From: Kofleriaceae bacterium
Lineage (GTDB): Bacteria; Myxococcota_A; Polyangia; Haliangiales; Haliangiaceae
Length of the DNA stretch: 64,000 nt
Direction of reading: 5' to 3'
Assembly: GCA_046597055.1 (NCBI GenBank)
Contig: JBKJLC010000079.1
Location: forward strand, 1 to 64,000
Shown here piece after piece: positions 12,606 through 22,186 of this stretch. Every line of letters begins with the position of its first letter. Position 1 is the stretch's first letter. The position numbers were made by a program, and so were the translations under genes. The notes beneath the pieces were generated by a model. That model was not told the DNA's origin and did no database searches. It was given only the letters and a program-made list of their open reading frames with translations.

Positions 12606-13378
12606 CCTCGACCCCGTCCGCGCATGTCCGTGTCACCACCGCCGGTGGCGTCAGCCGCATCGTCCTCGACCGGCTCGCCAAGAAGAACGCGCTCGACGCC
12701 GCCATGTACCGCGGCCTCGCCGACGGGTTCACCGCCGCCAGCGCCGATCCGGCGGTGCGCGCGATCCTGCTCACGGGCGGCCCCGAGGTGTTCACCTCCG
12801 GCAACGACCTGGCCGACTTCGCCAGCGTCCGGGCCGGCACCGGCGGGCTGGCCGCGATGGACTTCCTGACCGCGCTGGTCGCGTGCCCCAAGCCGATCGT
12901 GGCCGCGGTCGCCGGCTGGGCGGTCGGCATCGGCACCACGCTGCTCCTGCACTGCGACTTCGTCTACGCGGCGCCGAGCGCGCGCTTCCGGACCCCGTTC
13001 GTCGACCTCGGCGTGTGCCCCGAGGCGGCGTCGAGCTTGCTGCTGCCGGCGACCATCGGGCCGCGGGCGGCGGCCGAGATGTTGCTGCTGGGCGCCGAGC
13101 TCGACGCCCACCGCGCGGGCGAGCTGGGGCTGGTGACCGCGGTCGTCGACGACCCGGTCGCGCGCGCCGAGGCGACCTGCGCCGAGCTGGCCCGGCGGGC
13201 GCCGGGCGCGGTGCGGACCACCCGCGCGCTGATCCGCGGGCACCAGCGCGCCGCGATCGCCGACGCGATGGCGACCGAGGGCGCCGCGTTCCTGGAGCGG
13301 CTGCGCTCGGACGAGGCGGCCGAGGCGGCGATGGCGCTGATGACGCGGCGCGCGCCCGACTTCTCGCGGTTCACCTGA
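12602..13378 (+). CDS. Enoyl-CoA hydratase/isomerase
   Basis: KKNAL, FTSGNDL, AVGIGTTLLLHCD, PFVDLGVCPEAASS; start overlaps the marR stop. Confidence 0.93.
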   Translation: MTSTPSAHVRVTTAGGVSRIVLDRLAKKNALDAAMYRGLADGFTAASADPAVRAILLTGGPEVFTSGNDLADFASVRAGTGGLAAMDFLTALVACPKPIVAAVAGWAVGIGTTLLLHCDFVYAAPSARFRTPFVDLGVCPEAASSLLLPATIGPRAAAEMLLLGAELDAHRAGELGLVTAVVDDPVARAEATCAELARRAPGAVRTTRALIRGHQRAAIADAMATEGAAFLERLRSDEAAEAAMALMTRRAPDFSRFT

Positions 13379-13426
13379 CGATCGGATCGAGGCCGGTGGT
13401 CGGCGCCCGCGCGCGCGCGGACGCGA

Positions 13427-13879
13427 TCAGTCGGGCACCCGGACGGTGAGCACCGGCACCAGGCTGTGGCGCACGATCTTCTCGGTGACGCTGCCGAGCA
13501 CGACGTGGGCCAGTCCGGTCCGGCCGTGGGTGCCCATCACGATCAGGTCGGCGTGCTCGCGAGCCGCGGTCTCGGCAACCTCGGTGGCGACGTGCCCGGC
13601 CACGCTGACGACCGACACCTCGACGCCGTCCTTGCGCAGCCGTTCGGCGAGGTCGGCGAGGTGGGCCTCCGAGGCCCGGAGCGCGTACTCGCGGACGCCG
13701 ATGGGAGCGCCACCGCCGTCGGGGATCACGGTGGCACCCGGCCCGAGCATGGGCGGGAGCTCGGCGACGTGCAGCAGCACCAGCCGTGCGCCGTGGATCT
13801 TGGCAAGGTCCCGGGCGAGGGCCGAGGCGTGGTTGGCACAGCGCGAGAAGTCGTGGGGCACCAGGATCGTCTTCCACAT
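13427..13879 (-). CDS. Universal stress protein
   Basis: ILVPHDFS and DLIVMGTHGRTGL..VVLGSVTEKIVR motifs. Confidence 0.95.
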   Translation of the reverse strand: MWKTILVPHDFSRCANHASALARDLAKIHGARLVLLHVAELPPMLGPGATVIPDGGGAPIGVREYALRASEAHLADLAERLRKDGVEVSVVSVAGHVATEVAETAAREHADLIVMGTHGRTGLAHVVLGSVTEKIVRHSLVPVLTVRVPD

Positions 13880-13924
13880 GGAGGCCATCCTCGCACAGTC
13901 GGTCCGCCCCGCGCGGCAACCGGC

Positions 13925-14077
13925 TCAGGCCCGGGGCGCCACGTTCATCGCCCTCGCCAGGGTGGTGATCACGGCCGCGTCGATCACGTCACCCGCCAGC
14001 CCTTGGCCCTCCAGCCGGCGCTGCAGCGACTCGATGATCGACCACAGGCTCAACGGCTGGCTATCGCGCTTCTTCAT
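13925..14077 (-). CDS. Small hypothetical protein (50 aa)
   Basis: GGAGG RBS 6 nt before ATG; MKKRDSQPLSLWSIIESLQRRLEG... Confidence 0.55.
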   Translation of the reverse strand: MKKRDSQPLSLWSIIESLQRRLEGQGLAGDVIDAAVITTLARAMNVAPRA

Positions 14078-14262
14078 GGTCTGCCTCCAACGGGCAAGGG
14101 CGGCCGCGGATCTGTCAGGCCTGCCTGCCTCGTTGTGCAGACACCTCGGTGCGCTTCGGGTTGCGGCGCCTGCAACCGGGGCATGTCGCGTAAGCAACGT
14201 CACAGCCACGGAAAGTTTGGGTGCAACGCCCACCGGTGGGCATGCCATAACGCGCCCGCCGC

Positions 14263-16749
14263 ATGCGCCGACTCTCATCCTGTGTCCGCTCGTTTGCCCT
14301 GGCCTCGCTGTACGCCGCGCTCCTCGCTGCCTGCGGCGACAACGTCGCCGGCTCCGCTGACCCCGACGGCTCGACCGTCGATGCGGGCGCGGGCGACGCG
14401 AGCCCCGATGCCGGGCCGGATGCGCCCCAGCCGACCGAGACGGTGCAGTGCCCGACCCCGGTGCCGGCCGCGACCGCCGGGATCTGCGACGCGACCACGG
14501 GCACCGGCGCCGTGTTGATCCGCGGCAACGTGCTCGGCGACGGCGTCAACTACCTCGACGGGGCGGTGCTCTACCAGGGCGACCGCATCGTGTGCGTCGG
14601 CTGTGATTGTGGCGCCGCGCCCGAGGCCGCGGGCGCCACCGTGGTGTCGTGCGGCGGGGCCGCGATCTCGCCCGGCCTCATCAACGCCCACGACCACCTC
14701 AACTACAACAACCGGGCGCCGCTGGCGTCGACCGCGCCGGGCGGCGTCCGCTTCCAGCACCGCCACGACTGGCGCGGCGGCACCCCGACCCCGCCCAACC
14801 AGCACGGCACTGGCGTGAACGACGCCGGCATGCGCTGGAACGAGCTGCGCCACATCCTCGGCGGCACCACCTCGATCGCGGCCTCGACCCTGGCCGCCGG
14901 CGGGCTGCGCAACCTCGACGAGCTCGAGGGCCGCGACACCACGCTCGGCTTCCAGCAGATCACCTATCAAGTGTTCGCGCTCGGCGACAGCAACGAGACC
15001 TTCCGCCCCGACTGCGGCTGGAACTTCGTCTACGGCGAGTTCCAGATGTCGCAGTTCCCGGGCATCGTCACTCACACGGCCGAGGGCATCAACGCGTACG
15101 CCCACGAGGAGTTCCGCTGTCAGTCGATGAGCTTCATGGGCGCGCGCGACTTCGTCGAGCGCAACGTCGGCCACATCCACGGCGTCGGGCTCAAGACCGT
15201 CGACTACTTCAACATGGCGCGCGACCAGTCGAAGCTGGTGTGGTCGCCCCGCTCGAACGTCTCGCTCTACGGCAACACCGCGCAGGCGCCGATCTTCGCC
15301 CGCTTCGGCGGCGTGATCGCGCTCGGCACCGACTGGACCTACTCGGGCTCGGCCACGCTCAACCGCGAGATGAAGTGCGTCGCCGACCTGAACCCGACCG
15401 CCTACGACGGGTTCTTCAGCGACGAAGACATCTGGAAGATGGGCACGAAGAACGCCGCCCTCGCCACCGGCACCCAGGTGCTGATCGGCGCGCTCCTGCC
15501 CCAGAAGCTGGCCGACCTCGCGGTCTATCGCGCCGCGCCCGGCCAGCTCCACCGCGCCGTGATCGACGCCACCACCGACGACGTCGCGCTGGTCGTCCGC
15601 GACGGCGACGTGCTGTTCGGTGAGACCGACGTGGTCACCGCGCTCGGCCAGACCTGCGATCCGATCGACGTGTGCGGCGAGGAGCGCCGGGTGTGCGCGT
15701 CGCGCGAGTTCGCCGGCCAGACCTACGCCCAGATGGAAGCCGCGGTCAGCGCGGCGCCGGCCGCCTACCCGGCGGTGTTCTGCGGTACGCCCGCCAACGA
15801 GCCGACCTGCATCCCGAGCCGACCCGGCCCCGGCGCCCCGTACCGCGGGCCGACCGAGACCGATCCCGACGGCGATGGCATCGTCGCCGGCGACAACTGC
15901 CCGACGATGTTCAACCCGATCCGTCCGATCGACGGCACCACCCAGCCCGACGACGACGCCGACGGCGTCGGCGACATGTGCGACCCGACCCCGCTGCGGA
16001 CCGATCTCGATGGCGACAGCCTCGAGAACCTGGCCGACAACTGCCCGTTCGACTCCAACCCGACGCCGACCGACGGCGACATGGACGGCAAGGGCGATGT
16101 CTGCGATGCGTGCCCGACCGTCCCCAACCCGGCTGGCGTGTGTGGCCCGGCCGCGACCACGATCGCGAACATCCAGAACGGCACGATCGCCGAGGGCGTG
16201 CCGGTGACGGTCGAGGGCGCGGTGGTCACCGCCATCGACAGCCGCGGCTTCACCGCCCAGGACCCGACCGTGACCAGCGGCATGTACGCCGGCGTGTACG
16301 TGTTCACCGGGTCGCTGCCCAGCGTGATGATCGGCGACCGGGTCGACTTCTCGGGCGTCACCGACGAGTACTTCTCGATGACGGAGATCGCCTCGGGCAT
16401 GATCTTGCGCCGCAGCGCGGGCGCGCCGCTCGCGCCGATCCCGGTCACCGTCGCGGTCGCGGCCACCGAGCCCTACGAGGCCGTGCTGGTGACCCTGACC
16501 GACGTCACCAAGGTCGACTACCCGTACTCGTGCATGCCGGACGGCGCGACCTGCGTCGACCCGCGGCTGTTCGAGCTCAACGACTCGATCATCGCGTGGG
16601 ACAGCGCGTACGGCGAGGGCGCGACCAGCTGGGACGCCGAGGCGACCGCGGCCGCGGCCGACATGACCCCGACCGTCACCGGCGCGATGTTCTTCCGCTT
16701 CGAGCGGCGTCGGATCATGCCGCGCACGGCCGCCGACCTCACGCCGTGA
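14263..16749 (+). CDS. Lipoprotein: amidohydrolase domain + thrombospondin type-3 repeats + OB-fold C-terminus
   Basis: Lipobox LAAC; PGLINAHDH, HTAEG, WSPRSN, GTDW; DxDGDG..DNCP repeats; GF..QD...YAGVYVF...GDRV...G...EYF..TE. Confidence 0.85.
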   Translation: MRRLSSCVRSFALASLYAALLAACGDNVAGSADPDGSTVDAGAGDASPDAGPDAPQPTETVQCPTPVPAATAGICDATTGTGAVLIRGNVLGDGVNYLDGAVLYQGDRIVCVGCDCGAAPEAAGATVVSCGGAAISPGLINAHDHLNYNNRAPLASTAPGGVRFQHRHDWRGGTPTPPNQHGTGVNDAGMRWNELRHILGGTTSIAASTLAAGGLRNLDELEGRDTTLGFQQITYQVFALGDSNETFRPDCGWNFVYGEFQMSQFPGIVTHTAEGINAYAHEEFRCQSMSFMGARDFVERNVGHIHGVGLKTVDYFNMARDQSKLVWSPRSNVSLYGNTAQAPIFARFGGVIALGTDWTYSGSATLNREMKCVADLNPTAYDGFFSDEDIWKMGTKNAALATGTQVLIGALLPQKLADLAVYRAAPGQLHRAVIDATTDDVALVVRDGDVLFGETDVVTALGQTCDPIDVCGEERRVCASREFAGQTYAQMEAAVSAAPAAYPAVFCGTPANEPTCIPSRPGPGAPYRGPTETDPDGDGIVAGDNCPTMFNPIRPIDGTTQPDDDADGVGDMCDPTPLRTDLDGDSLENLADNCPFDSNPTPTDGDMDGKGDVCDACPTVPNPAGVCGPAATTIANIQNGTIAEGVPVTVEGAVVTAIDSRGFTAQDPTVTSGMYAGVYVFTGSLPSVMIGDRVDFSGVTDEYFSMTEIASGMILRRSAGAPLAPIPVTVAVAATEPYEAVLVTLTDVTKVDYPYSCMPDGATCVDPRLFELNDSIIAWDSAYGEGATSWDAEATAAAADMTPTVTGAMFFRFERRRIMPRTAADLTP

Positions 16750-16813
16750 TCCGCCACCCTCAGGATCCAGCAAAGTCCCGTCCGGTGGCGAGCTGTGATC
16801 GATCCTGAGGGTG

Positions 16814-17596
16814 CTAGCCGCCCCGTGCGTCGCTGAAGTCGGCGACCACCGGCGCGTGGTCGGAGGCGTCGCGACCCTTGCGGGCCTCGCGGTCGATCGT
16901 GCACGCGGTGAGGCGGGCGGCCAGCGGCGGGCTGGCCAGGATCGCGTCGATGCGCAGGCCCTGGTCCTTGAAGAACGAGACGCCGCGGTAGTCCCACCAC
17001 GAGTAGGCGCGTCCGTCGGGGTGGTGCGCACGGTAGGCGTCGGTCAAGCCCCAGCCGGCGACCTCGCGCAGCGCGGCGCGCTCGGGCTCGCTGCACAGGA
17101 TCGCGCCGTCCCAGCGCGCCGGGTCGTGGACGTCGCGGTCGTCGGGCGCCACGTTCCAGTCACCGCACAGCGCCAGCGGCCGGCCCGGGTCGGCCTGGGT
17201 GTCGAGCCAGCGGCGAAGGCGCGCCAGCCAGGTCAGCTTGTACGCGTACTTGTCGGTGCCAACGGCCTGTCCGTTGGGCACGTACACCGACGCGATGCGC
17301 ACGCCGGCGACGGTCGCGACCACGAACCGCGCGTGGTCATCATCGCCGCCGTCGCCGAAGCCGGTGACGACCTCGGTCGGCTCCCCGCGGGTCGCGATGG
17401 CGACGCCGTTGTAGGTGCGCTGGCCGTGGACCACGACCTGGTAGCCGAGGGCCTCGAACGTCAGGCCGGGGAAGCCCGCGTTGTCGACCTTGATCTCCTG
17501 CAGGCACAGGACGTCGGGCCGAGCCTGCTCGAGCCAGCCCTTGACCCGGGTCTCACGGACCCGGATCGAGTTGACGTTCCACGTCGCGATCCGCAC
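16814..17596 (-). CDS. xth: Exodeoxyribonuclease III
   Basis: ATWNVNSIR, LQEIK, YNGVA, YVPNG, GDWN, YSWWDYR, SDHAP. Confidence 0.96.
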   Translation of the reverse strand: MRIATWNVNSIRVRETRVKGWLEQARPDVLCLQEIKVDNAGFPGLTFEALGYQVVVHGQRTYNGVAIATRGEPTEVVTGFGDGGDDDHARFVVATVAGVRIASVYVPNGQAVGTDKYAYKLTWLARLRRWLDTQADPGRPLALCGDWNVAPDDRDVHDPARWDGAILCSEPERAALREVAGWGLTDAYRAHHPDGRAYSWWDYRGVSFFKDQGLRIDAILASPPLAARLTACTIDREARKGRDASDHAPVVADFSDARGG

Positions 17597-17608
17597 GGGC
17601 GGTGCCGG

Positions 17609-18496
17609 TCAGGCGGTGTGTTCGCCGGTGATCCGCATCGCCGCCTCGGCGGCGCGATCGACGCGGACCGGCGGCGGGAGGCGGTCGACCACGGGCTGCC
17701 CGAGCGGCAGCACCGCGGCGTTCGTCGCTGGCCCCGCGGCCTGGCCTGCCTGCTTGGCGACCAGCGCCTGGTAGCCTTCGATCCAGCGGCCGATCGCCGT
17801 CCACGACGACAGCACGCCGCAGATCGCCAGCGCGATGCCAGCGGACGGCTTCATCCACGCGATGGTGCTCTCGGCGGCGCCCATCCAGGCCGCCACCAGG
17901 GTGCCCAGCGCCACCAGGACGATGCGCTCGGCGCGCTGCATCGCGCCGACCTTGAGGTCGAGCCCGAGGCCCTCGCCGCGCGCGCGGGTGTAGCTGACCA
18001 TCAGCGAGCCACCGGCCGCGCCCATGACGGCGAGCAGCCAGGGGGTCTCGCGCAGATACCAGGCGTAGCCGGTGAAGAGCGCGAGCTCGGCCCAGCGGTC
18101 AGCGACCGAGTCGAACAGCGCGCCGGCCTGGGTCTGGCGACCGGTCGCGCGGGCCAGCCGACCATCGAGCAGGTCGAGCATGCCGCCCAGGATGTAAAGC
18201 CACGCTGCGGTGGCGAGGTGGCCCAGCGCCAAGGCGAGCCCGGCGCCGGCACACGCGGCCAGCGAACCACCCGTGATGAGGTTGGGCGAGACCTTCGACC
18301 GGATGAGCACGCGCTCGACCGGGAGGAGCAGCCAGACCACGTAGCGAGTCAGGAAGGGTCCGAAAACTTCGTTGGATTTGAAGTTGCCGACCTCCGGGCT
18401 TTTCCCGGTCCAGCAGCGCACGCAGTACACGGCGAACATGCCCAGGATGTAGGCGGTCGCGGCGACGGCGGGAGCCAGGATGTATAACCGTTCCAC
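17609..18496 (-). CDS. CDP-alcohol phosphatidyltransferase
   Basis: PNLIT, DLLDGRLAR...GALFDSVADR, VSYTRARGE, RAER. Confidence 0.92.
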   Translation of the reverse strand: MERLYILAPAVAATAYILGMFAVYCVRCWTGKSPEVGNFKSNEVFGPFLTRYVVWLLLPVERVLIRSKVSPNLITGGSLAACAGAGLALALGHLATAAWLYILGGMLDLLDGRLARATGRQTQAGALFDSVADRWAELALFTGYAWYLRETPWLLAVMGAAGGSLMVSYTRARGEGLGLDLKVGAMQRAERIVLVALGTLVAAWMGAAESTIAWMKPSAGIALAICGVLSSWTAIGRWIEGYQALVAKQAGQAAGPATNAAVLPLGQPVVDRLPPPVRVDRAAEAAMRITGEHTA

Positions 18497-18603
18497 AGGG
18501 TTACTTTCAGTGACGGAGCGTGCGGAGCTTTACCACCTGACCCCCACACCAGCCAAGGGACATTCCGGCGCCATCGGATACGGGCGACACCGAGCGCTCC
18601 GCC

Positions 18604-19131
18604 ATGATAGGAGCGAGTGCAAGCGCGGTGACAAGCACGGTCAACCCCTTCGTCTCCGTGCTCTCGCGCATCATTGCCACGGCGGGAGGTGCCGGATATT
18701 CACCGGTTGCACCGGGAACCTGCGGGACTTTCGTGGCTGTGCCACTGGCATGGGTGTGTCGAGGATCTGACACTCCCGTCTACCTGGGTGTCGCCGTGCT
18801 CATCACACTGATTGGCATTGGTGCGGCGCACCTGGCCGATCGGGTATGGGGCACTCACGATTCGGGCAGGATCGTCATCGACGAGGTCGCTGGCTACCTG
18901 ATCACGGTCGCCCTGGTCGATCGCGGTGATCTGTGGGTGCTGGCGATCGGCTTCGTGATCTTCCGCGCGCTCGACATCATCAAGCCCCCACCGGTGCGGT
19001 GGTTGGACGAGAACCTCCCGGGCGGGTGGGGCGTGGTCCTCGACGATGTCGCCGCCGGGGTGATGGGCGCCGTTGCCATGGTGGCCCTGGACGCCGCCGG
19101 CGCGTTCGACGCGCTCGCGCGGCTCGGCTAG
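18604..19131 (+). CDS. pgpA: Phosphatidylglycerophosphatase A
   Basis: G.SPVAPGT.GT, HD...IVIDEVAG, FR.LDIIKP.P, GVVLDDVAAG; the true start may be GTG 18628. Confidence 0.92.
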   Translation: MIGASASAVTSTVNPFVSVLSRIIATAGGAGYSPVAPGTCGTFVAVPLAWVCRGSDTPVYLGVAVLITLIGIGAAHLADRVWGTHDSGRIVIDEVAGYLITVALVDRGDLWVLAIGFVIFRALDIIKPPPVRWLDENLPGGWGVVLDDVAAGVMGAVAMVALDAAGAFDALARLG

Positions 19132-19197
19132 CCGCCGGCGCTCCGCCCGGGGTCGGCATCACTGTCCATCGCCGGGGGTTTTGGTACCCTGAGCGCG

Positions 19198-20517
19198 ATG
19201 TACCGGGTCCTGCTTTTGACCGCGGCGCTCCTGGCCGCGGTCGCCCCGGCCGCGCGCGCCGACGGGCGGTTCCCCGACACCGCCACCGTGACGTTCCGGC
19301 AGGGGTCCACCGAGGAGATCTACCTGGGCGTCACCTTCGGCCTCCTGGTCAGCCGGGACAACGGCGCCAACTTCTACTGGGTGTGCGAGCAGAACATCGG
19401 CTTCAACGACGGCGACTACGACCCGAACTACCGGGTCGCAGCCGACGGGACGATCTATGCAAACACCTTCGACGGCCTGCAGGTCAGTCGGGATGGCGGC
19501 TGCTCGTTCGAGACCGCGACCCAGGACGCCGCGGCCGATGATTCCGGTCGGATCGCGGACAAGTGGATGGATGCCTTCGACATCGGCCCGGACGGCGCGG
19601 TGTGGGTCGGGACCACCGACGGCGGGCGGCCCAACGAGGTCTACCGGTCCACCGACGCGGCGCGCACCTTCCGGCCGCTCGGCCTGCGATCGGAGGTCGT
19701 GTGGTGGAAGAGCATCCTTGCGGCGCCGAGCGCAGCCCGGCGGGCCTACGTCACCGGCTACCAGGTGACGCAGACGGCGCCCGACGGCGGGACCATCAGA
19801 GCGACCGTGAACCTGTACCGGACTGACGATGCCGGCGACACCTGGGTGCCCCTGCCGATCACGGACTTCCAGCTCGCGACGAGCCCGCTCGTGCTGGTCG
19901 AGGCGGTCGCGCCCGACGATCCCGAGCTGGTGTTCGCGCGCTCGGTGCTGGCAGCGGGGCTGGGAGACAAGCTGTACCGATCGAGCGACGCCGGGGCGAC
20001 CTGGACCGAGGTGGCCGCGACGACCGACACGATCCAGGACGTCGTGATGCGCGCGGATGGCTCGGTGTTCGCCGCGACCAAGAGCGGTACCTACCGGTCG
20101 CTCGATCGGGGCGTGACCTTCGAGCGGTTGCCGACCGCGCCCCGGGCGCGCTGCCTCGGCGATCGCGGGGATGCGCTGTTCTCGTGCGGGGACAACTGGG
20201 AGCCGGACCTGTTCGCGCTCGGCCGCTCGTTCGATGGCACCAGCTGGTCCAAGGTCACCCGGTTCGTCGAGGTGAAAGGGCCGCTGTCGTGCCCGGCGGG
20301 CACCGCGCAACGCGACGTGTGCGAGGCGGAGAAGTGGGCGCTCCTCCGGTCGACGTTGGGGATTCCGGCGCCGCCGGCGCCGCCCGAGCCGCCGCCGCCG
20401 CCCGAGCCCGAGGGCTGCGCGACGTCGCGCACCGGCGTCGGGCTCGGCTCGATCGCGGCCGCGGTCGTCACGGCCGGGCTGCTGATGCGCCGGCGCCGCC
20501 GGCGCTGCTGCGAGTAG
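19198..20517 (+). CDS. Secreted BNR/Asp-box beta-propeller protein with MYXO-CTERM-like tail
   Basis: Signal peptide; repeated S.D.G..W/F boxes; Pro linker, GC, TM helix, RRRRRR. Confidence 0.8.
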   Translation: MYRVLLLTAALLAAVAPAARADGRFPDTATVTFRQGSTEEIYLGVTFGLLVSRDNGANFYWVCEQNIGFNDGDYDPNYRVAADGTIYANTFDGLQVSRDGGCSFETATQDAAADDSGRIADKWMDAFDIGPDGAVWVGTTDGGRPNEVYRSTDAARTFRPLGLRSEVVWWKSILAAPSAARRAYVTGYQVTQTAPDGGTIRATVNLYRTDDAGDTWVPLPITDFQLATSPLVLVEAVAPDDPELVFARSVLAAGLGDKLYRSSDAGATWTEVAATTDTIQDVVMRADGSVFAATKSGTYRSLDRGVTFERLPTAPRARCLGDRGDALFSCGDNWEPDLFALGRSFDGTSWSKVTRFVEVKGPLSCPAGTAQRDVCEAEKWALLRSTLGIPAPPAPPEPPPPPEPEGCATSRTGVGLGSIAAAVVTAGLLMRRRRRRCCE

Positions 20518-20534
20518 CGGTCGCCCGTGTGGGG

Positions 20535-21422
20535 CTACGCCATCGCGGCGACCAGCGCGTCGCGCCACGACGGATAGCGCGGAGCCCAGCCGAGCTCGCG
20601 GGCGAGTCGGCTCGCGTCGATGCGACGATCCGCGGTGAGCATGCCCGCGACCTCGGGGTCGACCGCGGCGACCGCGACCCTCGGCGGTGCTGGCAGTCCG
20701 AGCGCCGCGCAGGCGGCGACCGCGAGCTCGCGCGACGTGCACGGCGCGCGATCGGCGACGTTGTAGATCGGCCCGGGCGCCTCGGCATCGCCAGCCGCCA
20801 GCACGGCCGCGACCAGGTCATCGACGTGGATGCGGCTGACCTGGGTCTCGCCGTCGCCCACCATGCGGTAGGTGCCGGCGCGCAGCCGCGCCACCACGCC
20901 GCGATCGGGACCGTAGATGCCCGCCACCCGCAGGCGCACGCACGGCACGGCACCGGCGGCGAGCGCGGCCTCGGCGGCGACCCGGGCGCGACCGGCGCCG
21001 GTGATCGGCGCGCTCGCGAAGTCCTCGTCGACCCAGGCGCCGGCCGCCGGCGCGTACACCCCGGTCGACGACAGATAGACGATGCGGCGCACGCCCGCGA
21101 TCGCCGCGGCGGCGGCCAGCCCGGCCTCGGCGGTGCCGTGCTCGTCGATCGGCGGCGCGGTCACGACCACCGTCGTGCCCGCGGTGAGCAGCGCGGTCAA
21201 CGACGACGGCGCGGCCAGGTCGACCACGGCCGCGCGCGCGCCAGTGCGGGCGGCGACCTCGGCGGCGGCATCCGCATCGCGGCGGGTCGCGATCACCGGG
21301 GTGCCTCGGCCCGCGAGCGCCGCGGCGACCCGCGCGCCGGTGTAGCCGGCGCCGACGACGATCCAGGCCGCGTCCGATCGACCGGGCCCCGGTGCGGCGT
21401 CGTGGCCCCCGCGCGCGCTCAC
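20535..21422 (-). CDS. NAD-dependent epimerase/dehydratase (atypical SDR)
   Basis: GAGYTG, YLSSTGVY, RVAGIYGP, SRIHVDDL, YNVAD. Confidence 0.88.
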   Translation of the reverse strand: MSARGGHDAAPGPGRSDAAWIVVGAGYTGARVAAALAGRGTPVIATRRDADAAAEVAARTGARAAVVDLAAPSSLTALLTAGTTVVVTAPPIDEHGTAEAGLAAAAAIAGVRRIVYLSSTGVYAPAAGAWVDEDFASAPITGAGRARVAAEAALAAGAVPCVRLRVAGIYGPDRGVVARLRAGTYRMVGDGETQVSRIHVDDLVAAVLAAGDAEAPGPIYNVADRAPCTSRELAVAACAALGLPAPPRVAVAAVDPEVAGMLTADRRIDASRLARELGWAPRYPSWRDALVAAMA

Positions 21423-22186
21423 GCGGCGACGGACTCGTCGACCAGGCGGGACTTCGGCGCGAGCTTGCGCGCGAACGCGGCGTGCTCCGACGCCGCGGCG
21501 GCGTCACCCTCGGTGGCAGCGGCCTCGGCGGCGATCGCGTGGAGCTGGGCCCGCGCGCCCTCGCCGAGGCGGACGTCCTTGACCAGCGGCATCACCAGCG
21601 CGCGCGCGCGGGCCGGATTGCCCTCGGCGAGCGCGATCCGCGCCTCGCACTCGACCGCGATCAGCTCGACGCCGGCCGCCGGGATCAGCCGGCGGAACGG
21701 CTCGACGACCTTCTGGTAGGTGCGGCGGGCACCGGCGCTGTCACCCGCGCCAGTCCGGGTGTGGATGTCCGCGGCGGCCCACAGCAGGTGCCAGCTGCGG
21801 GTCGAGCGCTGGTTGGCGCGGACCTCGGCGGCGTCGAGCGACGCGCGGGCGCCGGTCCAGTCGCGCCGCAGGTTGTGGGCCATCGCCTGGAAGATGTAGA
21901 GCGGCATCCGGGTCGCCGGCACCAGGCGGCGCGGCAGCTCGCGCGCGACCAGCTCGAGCAGCTTGTCGGGATCGCCGATGCTCGCGAGCCGGCTGGCCGA
22001 CGCGTGCACGCGCAGCCGGCGCAACCCCAGATAGATGAAGAGCACCGCGACGAAGAACAGCGCGGCGACCGCCTCGGCGATCGCGCCGGCGCCCGAGGTG
22101 AACACCAGCGCGGCGTACAGCGCGGCGCCGACGATCGGGATCAGCAGGCTCTCGCCATGCCGGCGCAACCAGGCCGCCGGGCTCAC
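21419..22186 (-). CDS. Hypothetical membrane protein with TPR-like helices
   Basis: Two N-terminal TM segments then Ala-rich helical repeats; GTGA coupling on both sides. Confidence 0.7.
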   Translation of the reverse strand: MSPAAWLRRHGESLLIPIVGAALYAALVFTSGAGAIAEAVAALFFVAVLFIYLGLRRLRVHASASRLASIGDPDKLLELVARELPRRLVPATRMPLYIFQAMAHNLRRDWTGARASLDAAEVRANQRSTRSWHLLWAAADIHTRTGAGDSAGARRTYQKVVEPFRRLIPAAGVELIAVECEARIALAEGNPARARALVMPLVKDVRLGEGARAQLHAIAAEAAATEGDAAAASEHAAFARKLAPKSRLVDESVAA

